47,999 nucleotides of DNA, from contig NKIB01014054.1 in assembly GCA_002256025.1 (NCBI GenBank), positions 1-47,999 on the forward strand, written 5' to 3'. A model generated the notes under the pieces. That model was not told where the DNA came from. It worked only from the letters and a program-made list of their open reading frames with translations, and ran no database searches. Below, piece by piece: positions 34,856 through 46,835 of the stretch. The position numbers were made by a program, and so were the translations under genes. Source of the DNA: Asterionella formosa. Its lineage: Eukaryota. Numbering within the stretch: position 1 is the first letter of the stretch; each line of letters begins with the position of its first letter.

Positions 34856-37635
34856 CGCCTACTACAGCCTGCTTGCTTGTGAACTACAGGACCCCGGAAA
34901 ACACAAGTGCCAGAAACCCAACCCCCAGCCAGCCCGCTGGTAGCAGCCCTGAGGCCAGTGCCATGACCTTCACACAACGAGGAGCGATTGCCAGCATTAA
35001 CGGAGTAACACACCATGAGAAGTCACGTGTTACAACTGCTAGAACATTGGCCACTATTTGAGCAACCACCAGCACAATTGGTGCAAGATGCATACATGCT
35101 TGCCCAACAAGCAAACAAGACAGACATCCTCAACCCTAACTGGATACTTTTGGACTTGTAATCCACGATTTCCGTGTTCAAGAAGCAATCCGCAGATGTT
35201 ACAGAGCATTAGACGTGGTCCCCATGTACACTGCGCACTGACAAATGGAGAGGACACCACAATTCCAACATGATTGGTGATTTCCTGAACCTTGGACAGG
35301 TGTGGTATCATAATCCCGATTCCATCGCCCACATTTTGTTTCTCTCTGATGTGCGCAAAGTATGATGCAAGGTGTCCATGGACACATCTAAGGAACCAAC
35401 CATGTTTGTACACCGCCTTGATGCTGGGTCAGTCATGAAGTTTGTTGAACACCCATCTGGACTCTATACTTTCAACCCTAATGCGAGTATTAGCTAGTAG
35501 TAACTGTGTCAACTCCGCATATACCATGGTCTACACAGCCAGTAGTAGCACAACAAAAAATGTTTTCGCACCAGGAAATCAACAAGTTGGCTGATCCAGC
35601 CAATGATCCATCCTCAGAAAAACCTCATTCGGAACTGCCCGGTGACATCAGATGACGCCAAGCGAGCACTCATTATTTACGGCCCCAATTTTTCCGCCGG
35701 CCCCTCAAAGGAAAAATAGCCCGGTCCAAAGCTGCACTGAGTGGCTGCCCCAACTTTCATTGCCGTGTCCATCCCAGCAGCCACCCATTCTGAATCATCA
35801 CCACAACATCACACTGTGCATAGATTTTTCTTTGTGCAAGGGCTGCTTGCATTCTACCATACAATATCATGTGGCATTGCTTTCTGGTGCACTGTAATAA
35901 GCCTGGTCCCAGATAGCCGGTTTTACACCATTCTTCGTGAAACCCGAGCTGCTGTAAACATGTATCAATCACGCGGTTTGACAGTGTGCGATATTCATGC
36001 AGACATTGATTTGATTGTATCCGTGAAGGCATATGTCCCATTGAAATGAACGTTGTGCCCACAGACACCAGTCATGTTGGCGAAATCGAATGCTCCATTC
36101 GCACCATTAAGGAGCGCCTCCATGCTTGAATTCATGGGCTACCGTTTAAGCGCCTTCAATAACAAAGAAATGGGTTTTGTGCTAAATCCCTATGAGCAAA
36201 CCAGCCACACATCCTCGCGAACTGTATGATTGGTGGAAAACAGTGCACAATTGCGTTGCACATTGATGACAACAAGATTTCCCATGTGGACCCTACAGTA
36301 GTGACCATGATATAGAAAAAAATCGAGGAACAGTTTGACAAGATGACAGTGACCAGGGAAAAGGAGCATGTGTTTCTAGGAATGAACATACAATGCACCA
36401 ACAAGAAACATAGCAGCCACCACCATAATCACAATGAAGGAGTACCTTAAAGACAAGGCGATCGTAGAATCAGGCCCCATCATGCGGGTTGCCGCTACCA
36501 CACCAGCCAGAAAGAGCCTTTTTGATGTGTTGACGATGGAGATGATCTACTTTGTTGTAAGCAAAAGGCTGAGTCTTTGCTTCCACAGTATAGTGGCAAT
36601 GTTATTGTATGTGGCTCCTATAAGGGCAAGAATGGACATACTATTGGCTGTTGGTTTCCTGTGCACAAGGGTATCCAAAAGAAGTACCACACAGGATCAA
36701 GCGAAGTTCAAAAGCTTGCTGAAATATATCAGAGTATCTATGGACCTCGAATACACGTTACTAGGTGCAGAAGATATGGGGAGAACGAGATCCTGGCAGG
36801 TGGACGCATCGTAGTATGCCATGCATCCTGACATGAAGAGCAACACCACAGGAGGTTTATGTCCTTTGGGACTGGAGGCATCATATGTAAGTCAAGTAAA
36901 CAAAAGCTCAATACCAAAAGTTTGACAGAGGCAGAACTTGTGGGAGCTATTGATTATTTGCCCAACGGCACATCATTTGGGTGCAGATGTTACTCAAGGC
37001 ACAAGGACATCATGTGATCACCGATAATTTCCTTGAACAAGATAATGATGACGAGAGTGCCATCAAGCTTGAGAAGAATGGGAGAATGTCAGCAGGGCCT
37101 AAATTCAGACATAGCTATTGACATTCGTTATTTCTGGATTAAGGACCGCATTAAAGCCAATGAAATCATTACCATACAACACTGCCCAACTTTGCTGATG
37201 ATGCTAGCGGATTTTTTTACAAAACCACTGCAAGGAGCCCTTTTTCGGAAATTCCGTGACGTGAATCTGGGGTTCAAGCAAGCACATCGAAACCCTAGTA
37301 GCCATGGACCCACCGCCATCGGCTGAGGAGCGTGTTGGAAAATGGCAACCTGATGGCTGTGGGACAGAAAATCCGGGTGCCGACACTGGTGCATCAGTGA
37401 CAAGGAGAGAAGATTCTACAGTAACTTGGTCTGAGGTGGTGCGTAGAGGTGGGACCAAGCATACAGAAGTAGATAAGACTGTTTCGAGATTATTATCTCA
37501 AAACAATCCAGTTAGTAAGAACAAAGTTTGATCTGAATTTCTCCTTGCTATCAACTCTATCGACTACACCCAATTCGTGAGACAACAGGTTTCATCAGGG
37601 CCTATAGTATGTCGGGCAGAGTAGATTTTGCAACA
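34856..37635 (+). mobile_element. Decayed Ty1/copia LTR retrotransposon (diatom CoDi-like), 5'-truncated and internally deleted
   Basis: Gag knuckle TCYNC*NIGHY; protease NWILLD; integrase ITLCIDFFFVQG and HVGEIECSIRTIKER; RT GFVLNPYE and LHIDDNKISH; RNase H VDAS, KQKLNTKSLTEAELVG, IDIRYFWIKD and ADFFTKPLQG. Domain order is copia-type (IN before RT). Confidence 0.9.
37333..37635 (+). repeat. 3' LTR of the first copia element
   Basis: Follows the purine tract GAGGAGCG. Ends TGTTGGAAAAT ... ATTTTGCAACA form a 10/11 inverted match. Confidence 0.7.
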
Positions 37636-37853
37636 ATATTAACTAGTGGTTATTATTATATCCAAACCACGCGTCAGACTTCATTTTGTGTGGCAAGTCT
37701 GGACGTGTTAAAATAACCAACCCTCACCTCTCTTTTATATCATTTACAGTTGCGACAGATTATTATCGGTATGTTATGTACATATGTGGAGTATACCTGG
37801 TACAAGGGTACCTGGTACCAGGTACCAGGTAGTACCGGCATATTTTGTTGTTG

Positions 37854-37936
37854 GACAGAAAATTATACCCGTAGTGACAGCTAGTGCACTAGCAATCAAG
37901 TAGCACCGTTTACACAGGCAGTGATCATGAATGTTT
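37854..37936 (+). repeat. ~85-bp palindrome-containing module, copy B
   Basis: Aligns with 24273-24359, contains the perfect 14-bp palindrome GCTAGTGCACTAGC, and lies 155 bp upstream of the recombinase ATG at 38092. Confidence 0.85.
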
Positions 37937-38091
37937 GTAATTTCGCTGTTATCATCATCTTGTTACAACCAAAACCAAACTCTCGTTCTTCTTTGCCTGT
38001 CTCATCCCTTCTTCATTTGAATTGAATTCGTTACCACATAATCTATACAACCTCCTCCCAAATTACCAACATCATTTATTCCAATTTAAGC

Positions 38092-40536
38092 ATGTCATAC
38101 ACAAGTGGAAAATTCGCAGCTCAAGCAAAACAGGTTGCAGCAGACGATAAGGCTGGTCGTCCGGAAAACACCATTCTTGCCTATAGAAGAAAAATGGCAG
38201 AATTCCTTGATTTTTCCCGTTATGCCTTTCCGTCTGAGGTGGATGGCATCACATCTACAACAGTGACAGAAGAAAAGTTCTTTGGCTTTTTATGGTATCA
38301 ATCAAGACGTCATCAGCGACCCAGAGGACGACCAGGTCAATGTACACCTGTGGAAGAACAATTTTCAAAGGATGATTATGAATCTGTAATTTCCAACACT
38401 GATTGGATTTTAGACAAGCTATTTGGATAAAGTGTACTCAATCAATATCGATCAGCCATCCTAGATTTGCATGCACAACAACGGGATGGAGGATGCAACA
38501 ACATACCCAAGGAAGGTACTAATGTCTGGCTGTGTCAAAAGATTGCTGAAGACAGTAAAAATGAGAAAGAAACAAATTGCAAAAAGCAATTTTGATGAAA
38601 AATTGGCAAAAAAATTTGTTATCATCCATTTATTCAGTGGCATCTTTACGTGATTGATATTGTCTTTTGATGACAACAAATGGGATCTTAAGAGGCAAAT
38701 CACTCTTTAAGTGCGAACTTAGCGATCTTTGTTCCTTGTTACACAAGGATAAAAATAGTCTAGAGGATATTTTAATTCATGTGATGCGCATTGCTACTGG
38801 GAAAACAAATGGTTTAAAGACTCTTTATGGACGTTGTATTCGACATTGTAATGTCAATAAGTCTGCTATTGGTGCTCTTGGATTTTATTTAATGGCAAGA
38901 TTTATGCAGAGTGGAGAAGCAGAATCATTTGATTTTACTTCAAACAAAGCCTGGTTCAATATGAAACTGTTGACAGATTCTCGGGGCTTCGACAACACTA
39001 TTTCAGTAACTGATCAGGCATATGCGAGTAACACGAAGAATGCTTGCAGACACCTTGGCATTATTTCAAAACATTTCGTGCCTTTTGGTCGATCGGCTGG
39101 TTCAGTCAAAGCAGAATTAGATGAACTTGATGGCTTTAACATCAATGACCTTGGATATTGGAATGTGGATACTCGACGTGATGTTAATTCAGCTAAACTG
39201 CCAATGAAAGCCATGCGTGTTATGGCTGGCCATCCAGATGAAAAAGGAAGTGTTTTTTTGCCATGAGATCATATCAAACCTTCAATGACCCTGCAACAAA
39301 CAATCTTTCCATTTATTGAAAAAGAAATTGAATCTATTGATGCAGCTGTCAATTCTACCGCCTATGCTTTTCTTCATTTTGCTCTCTTGCCACCGTGTCG
39401 TCATTCTGCAAGATGCATATTGAATGGTCGGGGTCATTTTTTGTCCACATTGGATGTGTTTAACTGTGAAGAGTTCAAAGAATTTTTTAAGAATATGAGT
39501 CATCATCTGAATTTGGTTCAGGATCCAGTGGATCTTATAATTGACTCTATTTTACCTGGTGTCAGAGATCGATTTACAAATTTGCATTCTGAAATGAGAG
39601 CAAATTTTTCACAGTTGAACGACAGAGTTGATGGCTTAGTTCGACCACAACATTTACAGTCTCTTTTGAATCGTTTGTCGTCCTTCGATTTTTCATCCTC
39701 TGCACAGTCCTCATCATCAATGCAAAGTAATAGATCTTTGAATGATCAAAGTGTTTCAACATCTGTTAGTGCCATTCACATGAAGAAAAATGAAAATGGA
39801 TGTTTAAGGTATTAACTCTATAAGAATCATTTGAGCTGCCTGTCGATTTGGCATGAATGTTTTGGTACACACTTCTTTGATCACAATAATAATCTAGGGT
39901 GTTTCCAGGGCAGCATTTTTCAGCTAGAAGCGAAATTCAAAAACCAATGGCGTTTCAATTTCACTCAAGCAGAAAGCAAAAGGTTTTCAAGAATCAAGCT
40001 AGTTGTTAAGCGCATTGCAGCCCTCATTTTGAAGACAAACAAAACAATCAACAATGATTCTGCAAGCTGTAGATGATTCCTTAACCAGTTTGAATTCGAA
40101 AATGATTACCATAACAAACATTGAGCAGCATCTGACAACAAATTTCGACTATCGAGCATTGCAAATTTCTAATCAAGGTTTGACATCTTCACCATCAGCT
40201 ACTGAGATACCTGCAGTGAAGGCAAAAAGTGTCATCAAACCTACAGTTGAATTTGAATTGACAGCTAAACCTGCATACAAGAATCATATTCCACAAACCA
40301 CAGTTGGAATCATTACTGAAGCAATTGAATTAGCCAAAGTTGCAAAAGTTGGTGATGCATACAATTCTACATTGATGACAAACGGTATGCGTGATGTGTG
40401 TGGTGACATCATCATTCAATTGCATCAATGTATCATCTCTTACAAAAAACACATATCAGGCTATCAAGTTGCAGGTGAGCAAGGAACAATATGTTCTAAG
40501 TGTCTTGTCAAAAGTAAAAGATGTCGAATTGAATAG
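38092..40536 (+). pseudogene. CryptonF/Ndc10-like tyrosine recombinase with GCR1_C-like domain and Cys/His-rich tail
   Basis: RPENTILAYRRKMAEF, ILRGKS, GKTN, CIRH, IGALGFYL, WFNMKLL, FVPFGR, LGYWN and SAKLPMKAMRVMAG; GCR1_C-like IWHECFG...LEAKFKNQWR...KRFSRIK. Several stops and frameshifts. Confidence 0.82.
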
Positions 40537-41899
40537 AGATAATTAAGATGAATGAAAAGGAGATATATTTTATTATACACCTAATAGAATATAGAAAGAA
40601 ATCCGAATCCCACTCAGGAGCTTTGAAAAATGCATACTGTGCCATTTCTACCTTTAAATAGCATTTTTGCTTAAAGTCATTCACTAAATCATTTTGGTAG
40701 TCTCAATACTCAAAAATCCTTCAGTATCAAATTTGCATTATTGTTAACAGTCATTGCATGCCAAGTCATTCTACAGTCATCTACATTATTTTTGATTTCT
40801 TTATGATTTGATGCTAACTTTGATGATGTGCTTTTTCTCTCAAAAAATAGTTTTTCTGCTCCTTCTTTCGGGAGAGGAAATTAACAAATCAACTGCTCTA
40901 AGAAAGATTTTGTAATAGCAAGTATGCATGAGAAGAGAAGCGATCCTGGATTTCCTTGCAGGAATTGTCAATGACAACGGATGCTGTAATGATTTTTTTG
41001 TACTGTTTGGTGTTGCGGCTGATGCAATGCCCAGAAATTTTCCGGCAGACATTACATCAAAAAGTACAGGCTTGTCTCACCCTCCAACAGTGGTCAATTG
41101 ATTGAACCTATCCACTGAAAAACTTCATATGCCAAGATTCCACCAGAGAGAGCAGCTGACATCTCCAGACACTTCATTAACCCTCTGGAAATTGATTCCT
41201 TTACCTCTGAAGGTAACAGTAAAATTCAATATTCACAAAGCATTATCTTCGTTAGCAAAGTTTGCAGTAGAAAATGATGGAGCATCTGAAGTCCATGTTG
41301 CCGGAAAGCTGCATGGTGAAACTCAATCAAAAGATGCAGTCAAGAATAGCCCTCTTTCATAGCGATCTGATTGGGAACAGATGCTTATGCAATGTCAGGA
41401 ATCTCTGCACATCAGGATGAGCCCCCATGGCAATACTACAAATGTTGGAACAATGCTGTTCAGCATTCCTTGTCCATCATTTTTTTCATGCTCCTATAGT
41501 TTGGCAAGTCCACGGCAGATTCAATTGAAGAAAATTCAGCTGTACAGTGTGTCAATACAATGTTGAACCCGGTTTCAGGTTTAATTTGGGCCAGAGATTC
41601 AAAATAAAACTATTGTGCATGCATCGTAATGAAAGGATATCATGTCCTCCTCTTTCCTTCTAGGATCCAGAGCAGCCGCCATGCAATGATGAGCAGTCAC
41701 AAAACTGCTTTGTATGTCATAATTATCAACCAATTTTCATCGATTGACAGGCCTGAAAACCTTTGTGTCATTGTCTGCAACGGAAAGGTTCATGTTTGCA
41801 ATCTTGTGGAGCATCTATAGCAAAGTGCAAAAAAGGCCGACGTTTCTTGCATTTGTATTTGAATGTGCATTCAAAAAGATACAACAAAGGATAATATAT

Positions 41900-43279
41900 G
41901 CGTCTCTTCTTTATACTTGCTGCTCTTGAGAACAAATTGGTCTTTGGTGCTGACGTTTCCAATGCCTTTGCTGAAGCCACTGCCCCTGAACAGGTGTATT
42001 ACATGCTTGTTGATACCCAATACCGTTAGTGGTGGGCTAGTAAAGGTCATCCACCCATTCCAGTCGGTTATGTCATTCCAATAAGAAAGAACTTACAAGG
42101 TCATCCTGAAGCTCCTCGCCAATGGTCCCGCCACATTGATACCATCTTGCAGGAATACAATTTTGTCCCCACAGTTCATGCTCCTTGCCTCTACCGTGCT
42201 ACAATATCCAATGAAAATGTACTATTCCTTCGACAAGTTGATGACTTTGCCATTGCAACCAATGACTTGCTACTTTATACCCACACTGTTTACTAACTCA
42301 TTACAACGGTATTGATATCATTCAAACCAGCAATTTCATCACTATCCACTGTGGTACATACATCCGCAAACTCCTCCAGAATCATGCTTGGATGGACATG
42401 AAACCATCTAAACTTCCCATGCCTGCTGACAATAACCACATCAAAGCCCTTGACACCATCTTGTGTCCTACCACAGAGGCTGAACATCTGGCACTGGAAA
42501 CAAGCTATTTTCGATATCAGGGAGCCATTGGTGAACTCATATGGGCCATGATTACCTGTCGTCCTGAACTCAGTTTTCCTGTTGTTAAATTGAGTCGATT
42601 CTCCACCCACCCTGCTGCCCTTCACTATCAGGCAGTCAAACGTGTCTTCAAATATCTTGCTGGCACTCTGGACCATGGTCTCACATACTGGCGCCCTTCA
42701 TCTCATCCTGATCTCCCTAGCATTTTTCCCCCTTCTCGGCTTGCCCATTCAGCTGATCAAAACCTCCATCATGATGTCTCTGATGCCAGTGAACGCTATT
42801 CCCCTTTTTCTGTTTTTCCATCCTTGATAAACTCCATGTTCCCCAGACATCATTTGCTACCCTCCTCTATGAAGATAATCGTGGTGCCTTGCTTATGGTC
42901 CATGCTGGTCAACCCACTAAGCAATCTCGTCATATTGATATACGACATAATGCTCTCACTGACTGGGTCGAGCGCGAGCTGGTTGCTCTTGAAGATATTG
43001 CATCTGGTCTCAATGCCGCAGATGCCATCACAAAACAAACTGGTGGAATTCTTTTTGCCCGGCATCTTGACAACATCACTGGGCGTCTCACCCCACCGTA
43101 TGTCTCATCTGTCACACTTGTTTCTTACCTCAAACCTGCCCTTTGAGCGAGGGGGGGGGGGGGGGGGGTGTCAGTGTGGTTTACAGCTGAACCGTCAATC
43201 CTACCTACCTACAGTAGAATAATAAATCATGTAGTCATAATTTTGCATTTCATCTTTTGATATTGCATTCACACTAACA
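41900..43279 (+). mobile_element. 3' fragment of a second Ty1/copia element (RT-RNase H, PPT, short LTR)
   Basis: GADVSNAFAEA, KNLQGHPEAPRQW, PCLYRA, LRQVDDFAIA, YQGAIGELIWAMITCRPEL, YEDNRGA, SRHIDIR and ADAITK. Poly-G PPT at 43151-43168; LTR TGTCAGTGTG...CACACTAACA at 43169-43279. Confidence 0.88.
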
Positions 43280-43867
43280 CATTCATTCTCATACCAGTTT
43301 CCATCGATAGGATTAGTCATACTGTGTGCTACAGTTACATGCCAGCCCTAGAAGGGCTGGATGCTCTATAGGGATGACGCCTAGAGGCGTCTTAACCCGA
43401 ACCCTAACCCTGACCCTAACTCATTTTCAAATATGACATGAACATCTTTTTCGTACCGACACCAATTCCATTTTTCAAACCATATCATCGATGTACCATC
43501 ATGCCGGAACTGTTGCCGTGCCCACGGAATTGCAAAACCATACCAAAAAGTAATAACAAATATTGCCACTCCACCATGTCATTCAGGACGCACCCGCGAA
43601 TGCAAATTATATATATATGACATGCATAACATTATAAGATTGTGTAACATTTTACATGGCCATCACTCTGGTAAGTATAACACAGTGCACTTCTACATAT
43701 TGATATCAAAAGACAAACAACAGGTACTAACACATTCATTCTCATAACAGTTTCCATCTATAGGATTAGTCATACTGCGTGCTACAGTTACATGTCCAGC
43801 CCTAGAAGGGCTGGATGCTCCATAGGGATGACGCCTAGAGGCGTCTTCCCTTTTCCCTAACCCTAAC
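43273..43867. repeat. Duplicated ~120-bp multi-hairpin unit, each copy followed by CCCTAA-like repeats
   Basis: 43273-43393 and 43726-43847 are near-identical. Hairpins CCAGCCCT-AGA-AGGGCTGG and GACGCCT-AG-AGGCGTC; tails AACCCGAACCCTAACCCTGACCCTAAC and CCCTAACCCTAAC. Confidence 0.88.
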
Positions 43868-44080
43868 AGTTTTGTAATTATGTAACTGTTATGTTTTGGT
43901 TATCAATAAAAGGGTAGGGTTTGTTAAACTTATAGTTGGAATTTTCGTTGATACTCTTCTAAATGGACTTTTCCCTGATTTGATACATACATGGTGATGC
44001 TCGTTTTGTATACTGGTTCATTTCGCATACAGAAGGATCCATCAACATGGAGATGGACATGAATTTCACACCATCACCAT

Positions 44081-44656
44081 CTACACTTCATGTTGTGTTG
44101 TTGCATCAGGATATTTATAAAAGAGATGTTTGTTAGCGTCATGATATTCTTGCAAGTATCGGAGTACGATGAAGCCAAAAACGATTTTTGAAAATTGTAC
44201 AGTTATCTCTTCGTTTTGTGTCAGGGCTCCTTCCCAATTGATCCAGCACGTCACGGGAAAGTCAGAACTTGAAAATAACCAGCTGAACAAATAGAAAAAA
44301 TCCCAGAGACGCAAACGAGTCCCGGAAGAATTAGCTTCATAATTCCGATGCATCAAAGTAAAACCAGCAAACAGTAAACCAAGAAATGCGATAGAGCGGA
44401 GAAATGATTCGAATGCGCTAGTGCATTGTGGACCACTACCAGTGAGATCATTTTGCTTGAACTCAGGGTTGGGCGCATGAAACACAGCATTGAAAAAACT
44501 GCATACTGTAGCTTGCGTAGCTATAGTAAATGATGGAACGACAGGCTTCCATGTATTATCAACGCCTATCTTTCCATTGCTTTTGACTGATACACTGTTT
44601 GGAGATTCTCCTCTATCGGTTGATAAATCATCGTCAAGGTTTCTATCATCTGTCAT
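44081..44656 (-). CDS. Hypothetical membrane protein (~191 aa)
   Basis: ORF from ATG 44656 with an acidic N-terminus and two or three hydrophobic segments (IAFLGLLFAGFTLM; FFYLFSWLF; IVFGFIVL). No family recognised; may be truncated. Confidence 0.4.
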   Translation of the reverse strand: MTDDRNLDDDLSTDRGESPNSVSVKSNGKIGVDNTWKPVVPSFTIATQATVCSFFNAVFHAPNPEFKQNDLTGSGPQCTSAFESFLRSIAFLGLLFAGFTLMHRNYEANSSGTRLRLWDFFYLFSWLFSSSDFPVTCWINWEGALTQNEEITVQFSKIVFGFIVLRYLQEYHDANKHLFYKYPDATTQHEV

Positions 44657-44922
44657 TTTCGAAGTGGGGGCAACGTTGAAGGTGGCGGGCAAACAAATCT
44701 CGATTCAGTAAATAAAATAACAAGACTAACTGCATTGGCAGAGCTCAAGTTGTCATGAATATACGTAATTCTCCACACAACATTCATACATACATATCCA
44801 AACACCGCGTCAGATACTGGTATGTCAACGTTTATTTCATTCTCCACATAACATTCATACATATACGTGATCGACATTCCACATCATCGTGATCTTTATT
44901 ATTTTATGACCTCAATATGTGG

Positions 44923-45151
44923 TTAACCCCGCTCAAAAGTATGGAGAGCAGATGCGGTTATTTTCTGAAGAAATTCCAAGAACTGAAAAGGAAGCAACTC
45001 TTTGCATCTGCTCACTTTCACTTTGTATGTACATTGGCATTGAACCAACATTCGTCGGTCGGAGTCGAAAGGGAAAAATTTTCAATCATTTCCGGAATTC
45101 TGTTTATCGGAATTTTGCACCAGGGAGCTAAAATGACCCCCGGGGTCATTT
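44923..45151 (+). mobile_element. Possible piggyBac left terminus
   Basis: TTAA|CCCC at 44923-44930 and the subterminal palindrome AAATGACCCC-C-GGGGTCATTT (45131-45151), upstream of a piggyBac transposase remnant. No partner TIR in the window. Confidence 0.35.
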
Positions 45152-45949
45152 ACTCTTTATATTAATTACCTCTGGTATCACATACCGGTAAATCGGTATA
45201 CTTCCAACTTCTGCTACATCATATCAAGATTATTAAGTACCAGGTGGAGCACAACCGTTATTTTTCCAATAAATGTACCTGTTGTACTGATACCGGTGTG
45301 CCAGTACACTGGATTGGATAAAAAAGTGTAATTAATACTCCGAGTAGTTTGTAATTTTCTCAAAATGTCTTCCTCAGTCATGAAACGTTTTTATAGAAGA
45401 TCCACTAAGTATCAGTATATTCATAATTATTAAAGAATTTTCATAATTATTAATAAAATACCGATGTTATATGTGACTAACAATATTGTTCCATATCATA
45501 TTCACTTAAGCCTTTTTATCTATATACATTTATTACTTAGATAGTGCATATAACACCGAGCTAAGAAAGAAAAAATAAATAAAACGGTAGTCATTGGAGA
45601 GAAAACAGTCAGGTCTTGTAATGAATACTATGTTTACATATATGCCTACAGGTATTATATATAAGCCCTTTCATCACTCCTCCTAATCGAATTGTATCGG
45701 ATTCTTTCCGGCTGGGCTGACTTCAGTCTAATAGACTGGATTCAGTCTGGATTTTCAAACCCTTGCCCCTAGATCAATTCAACAGATATTTCATTTCTGA
45801 AAAGTTAATCTAAATCTACAGAACTGTAGGATTCTGGAGGTATGTATGGCAATAAACTTTTATAGGTTTAAAAAATTTCAGATACATGAGAAGCCTACCA
45901 GCCGAAAAATCTCAAAAATGTTTGTGTGGGATGGGGCGAAAACAAAAAT

Positions 45950-46835
45950 TGACCATGGGCATAGGTGCCATTGTTTCATGCCTATCAAAGTAGTCGTTTC
46001 ATGCCTATCAAAGTACATTCATCCCTAATTGTGGCTCCGAAATCATCATCTGAACAATGGAAAAGGTCATCGACTTGAAGGAATGACAGTTCTGCGGAGG
46101 GAGCTCAAGAAAATTAGAGGTAAAGAGGTGATGGCCATTGTGGTCTCAGCTCCCGGGACTGTGGATGATGCTGATACAACTGAGCTTTATGCTCTTGAAA
46201 AGCACTTCAAGATCATTTTTTAGGGTGATTCAGACTACTTTTACTATGGCAAAGGCGGTTATGTACCTGATGAGCAGTAGAAGATGAACAGATGCCTTCC
46301 GTGCTCTTCGAACTTGTCGAATGCACCGGCACAATTTATGATGCTGATGATGTTGCCCTTGCAAATGGATTTGTTGCTATTCATGATGACAATGCCTCAG
46401 CACCTGAAAATGTTGTTCATTCCCAATGAAATAATAAACAATTTGTTTTAGGATGAGTAGGGACACTCAGGAATTTGCTACAGGAGACTGACGGGTGCAT
46501 CAAATTGCAATCCAAGACTTTCATCATTTCCAACTCAGTTGAAACCGACTGTCTTCCAAATGTTCGAATTATTTTTTCCTTCTGATTTCTTGAAAAATGA
46601 TTTTTTGTTTATCATTAATCTAAAAATAGAGGGCAAATCTTTTACCTATGGTGAGCTACTCAGATGGATTGGAATATGGTTTTTAATGGCAACAACGCAG
46701 GGAACAAAATGGCATGATTTTTGGTCAGTTGCGCCTACCAATATTTTCGACAATGCATCATTTCGGCTAAATCACCTCATGTCTCGTGATCGATTTGATT
46801 CAATTCTTAAGGCTATAGGCTACGTCTGCAAATAA
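45950..46835 (+). pseudogene. piggyBac (PGBD/DDE_Tnp_1_7-like) transposase N-terminal fragment
   Basis: FQMFELFFP...TYGELLRWIGIWFLMATTQG....FWS....FRLNHLMSRDRFDSILKAIGY. Upstream pieces carry stops, and the fragment ends before the catalytic core. Confidence 0.75.

Noticed and set aside
40663..40677. Inverted ACTTTAAGCAAAA motif after the CryptonF-like gene
   Set aside because: Single AT-rich copy with no TIR; may be chance.
43360..43400. Hammerhead ribozyme (GATGA-stem-loop)
   Set aside because: Lacks CTGA before the stem and GAAA after it.
43394..43420. True telomere or telomerase RNA template
   Set aside because: Only a few degenerate CCCTAA units, internal to the contig, and no supporting promoter or RNA structure identified.
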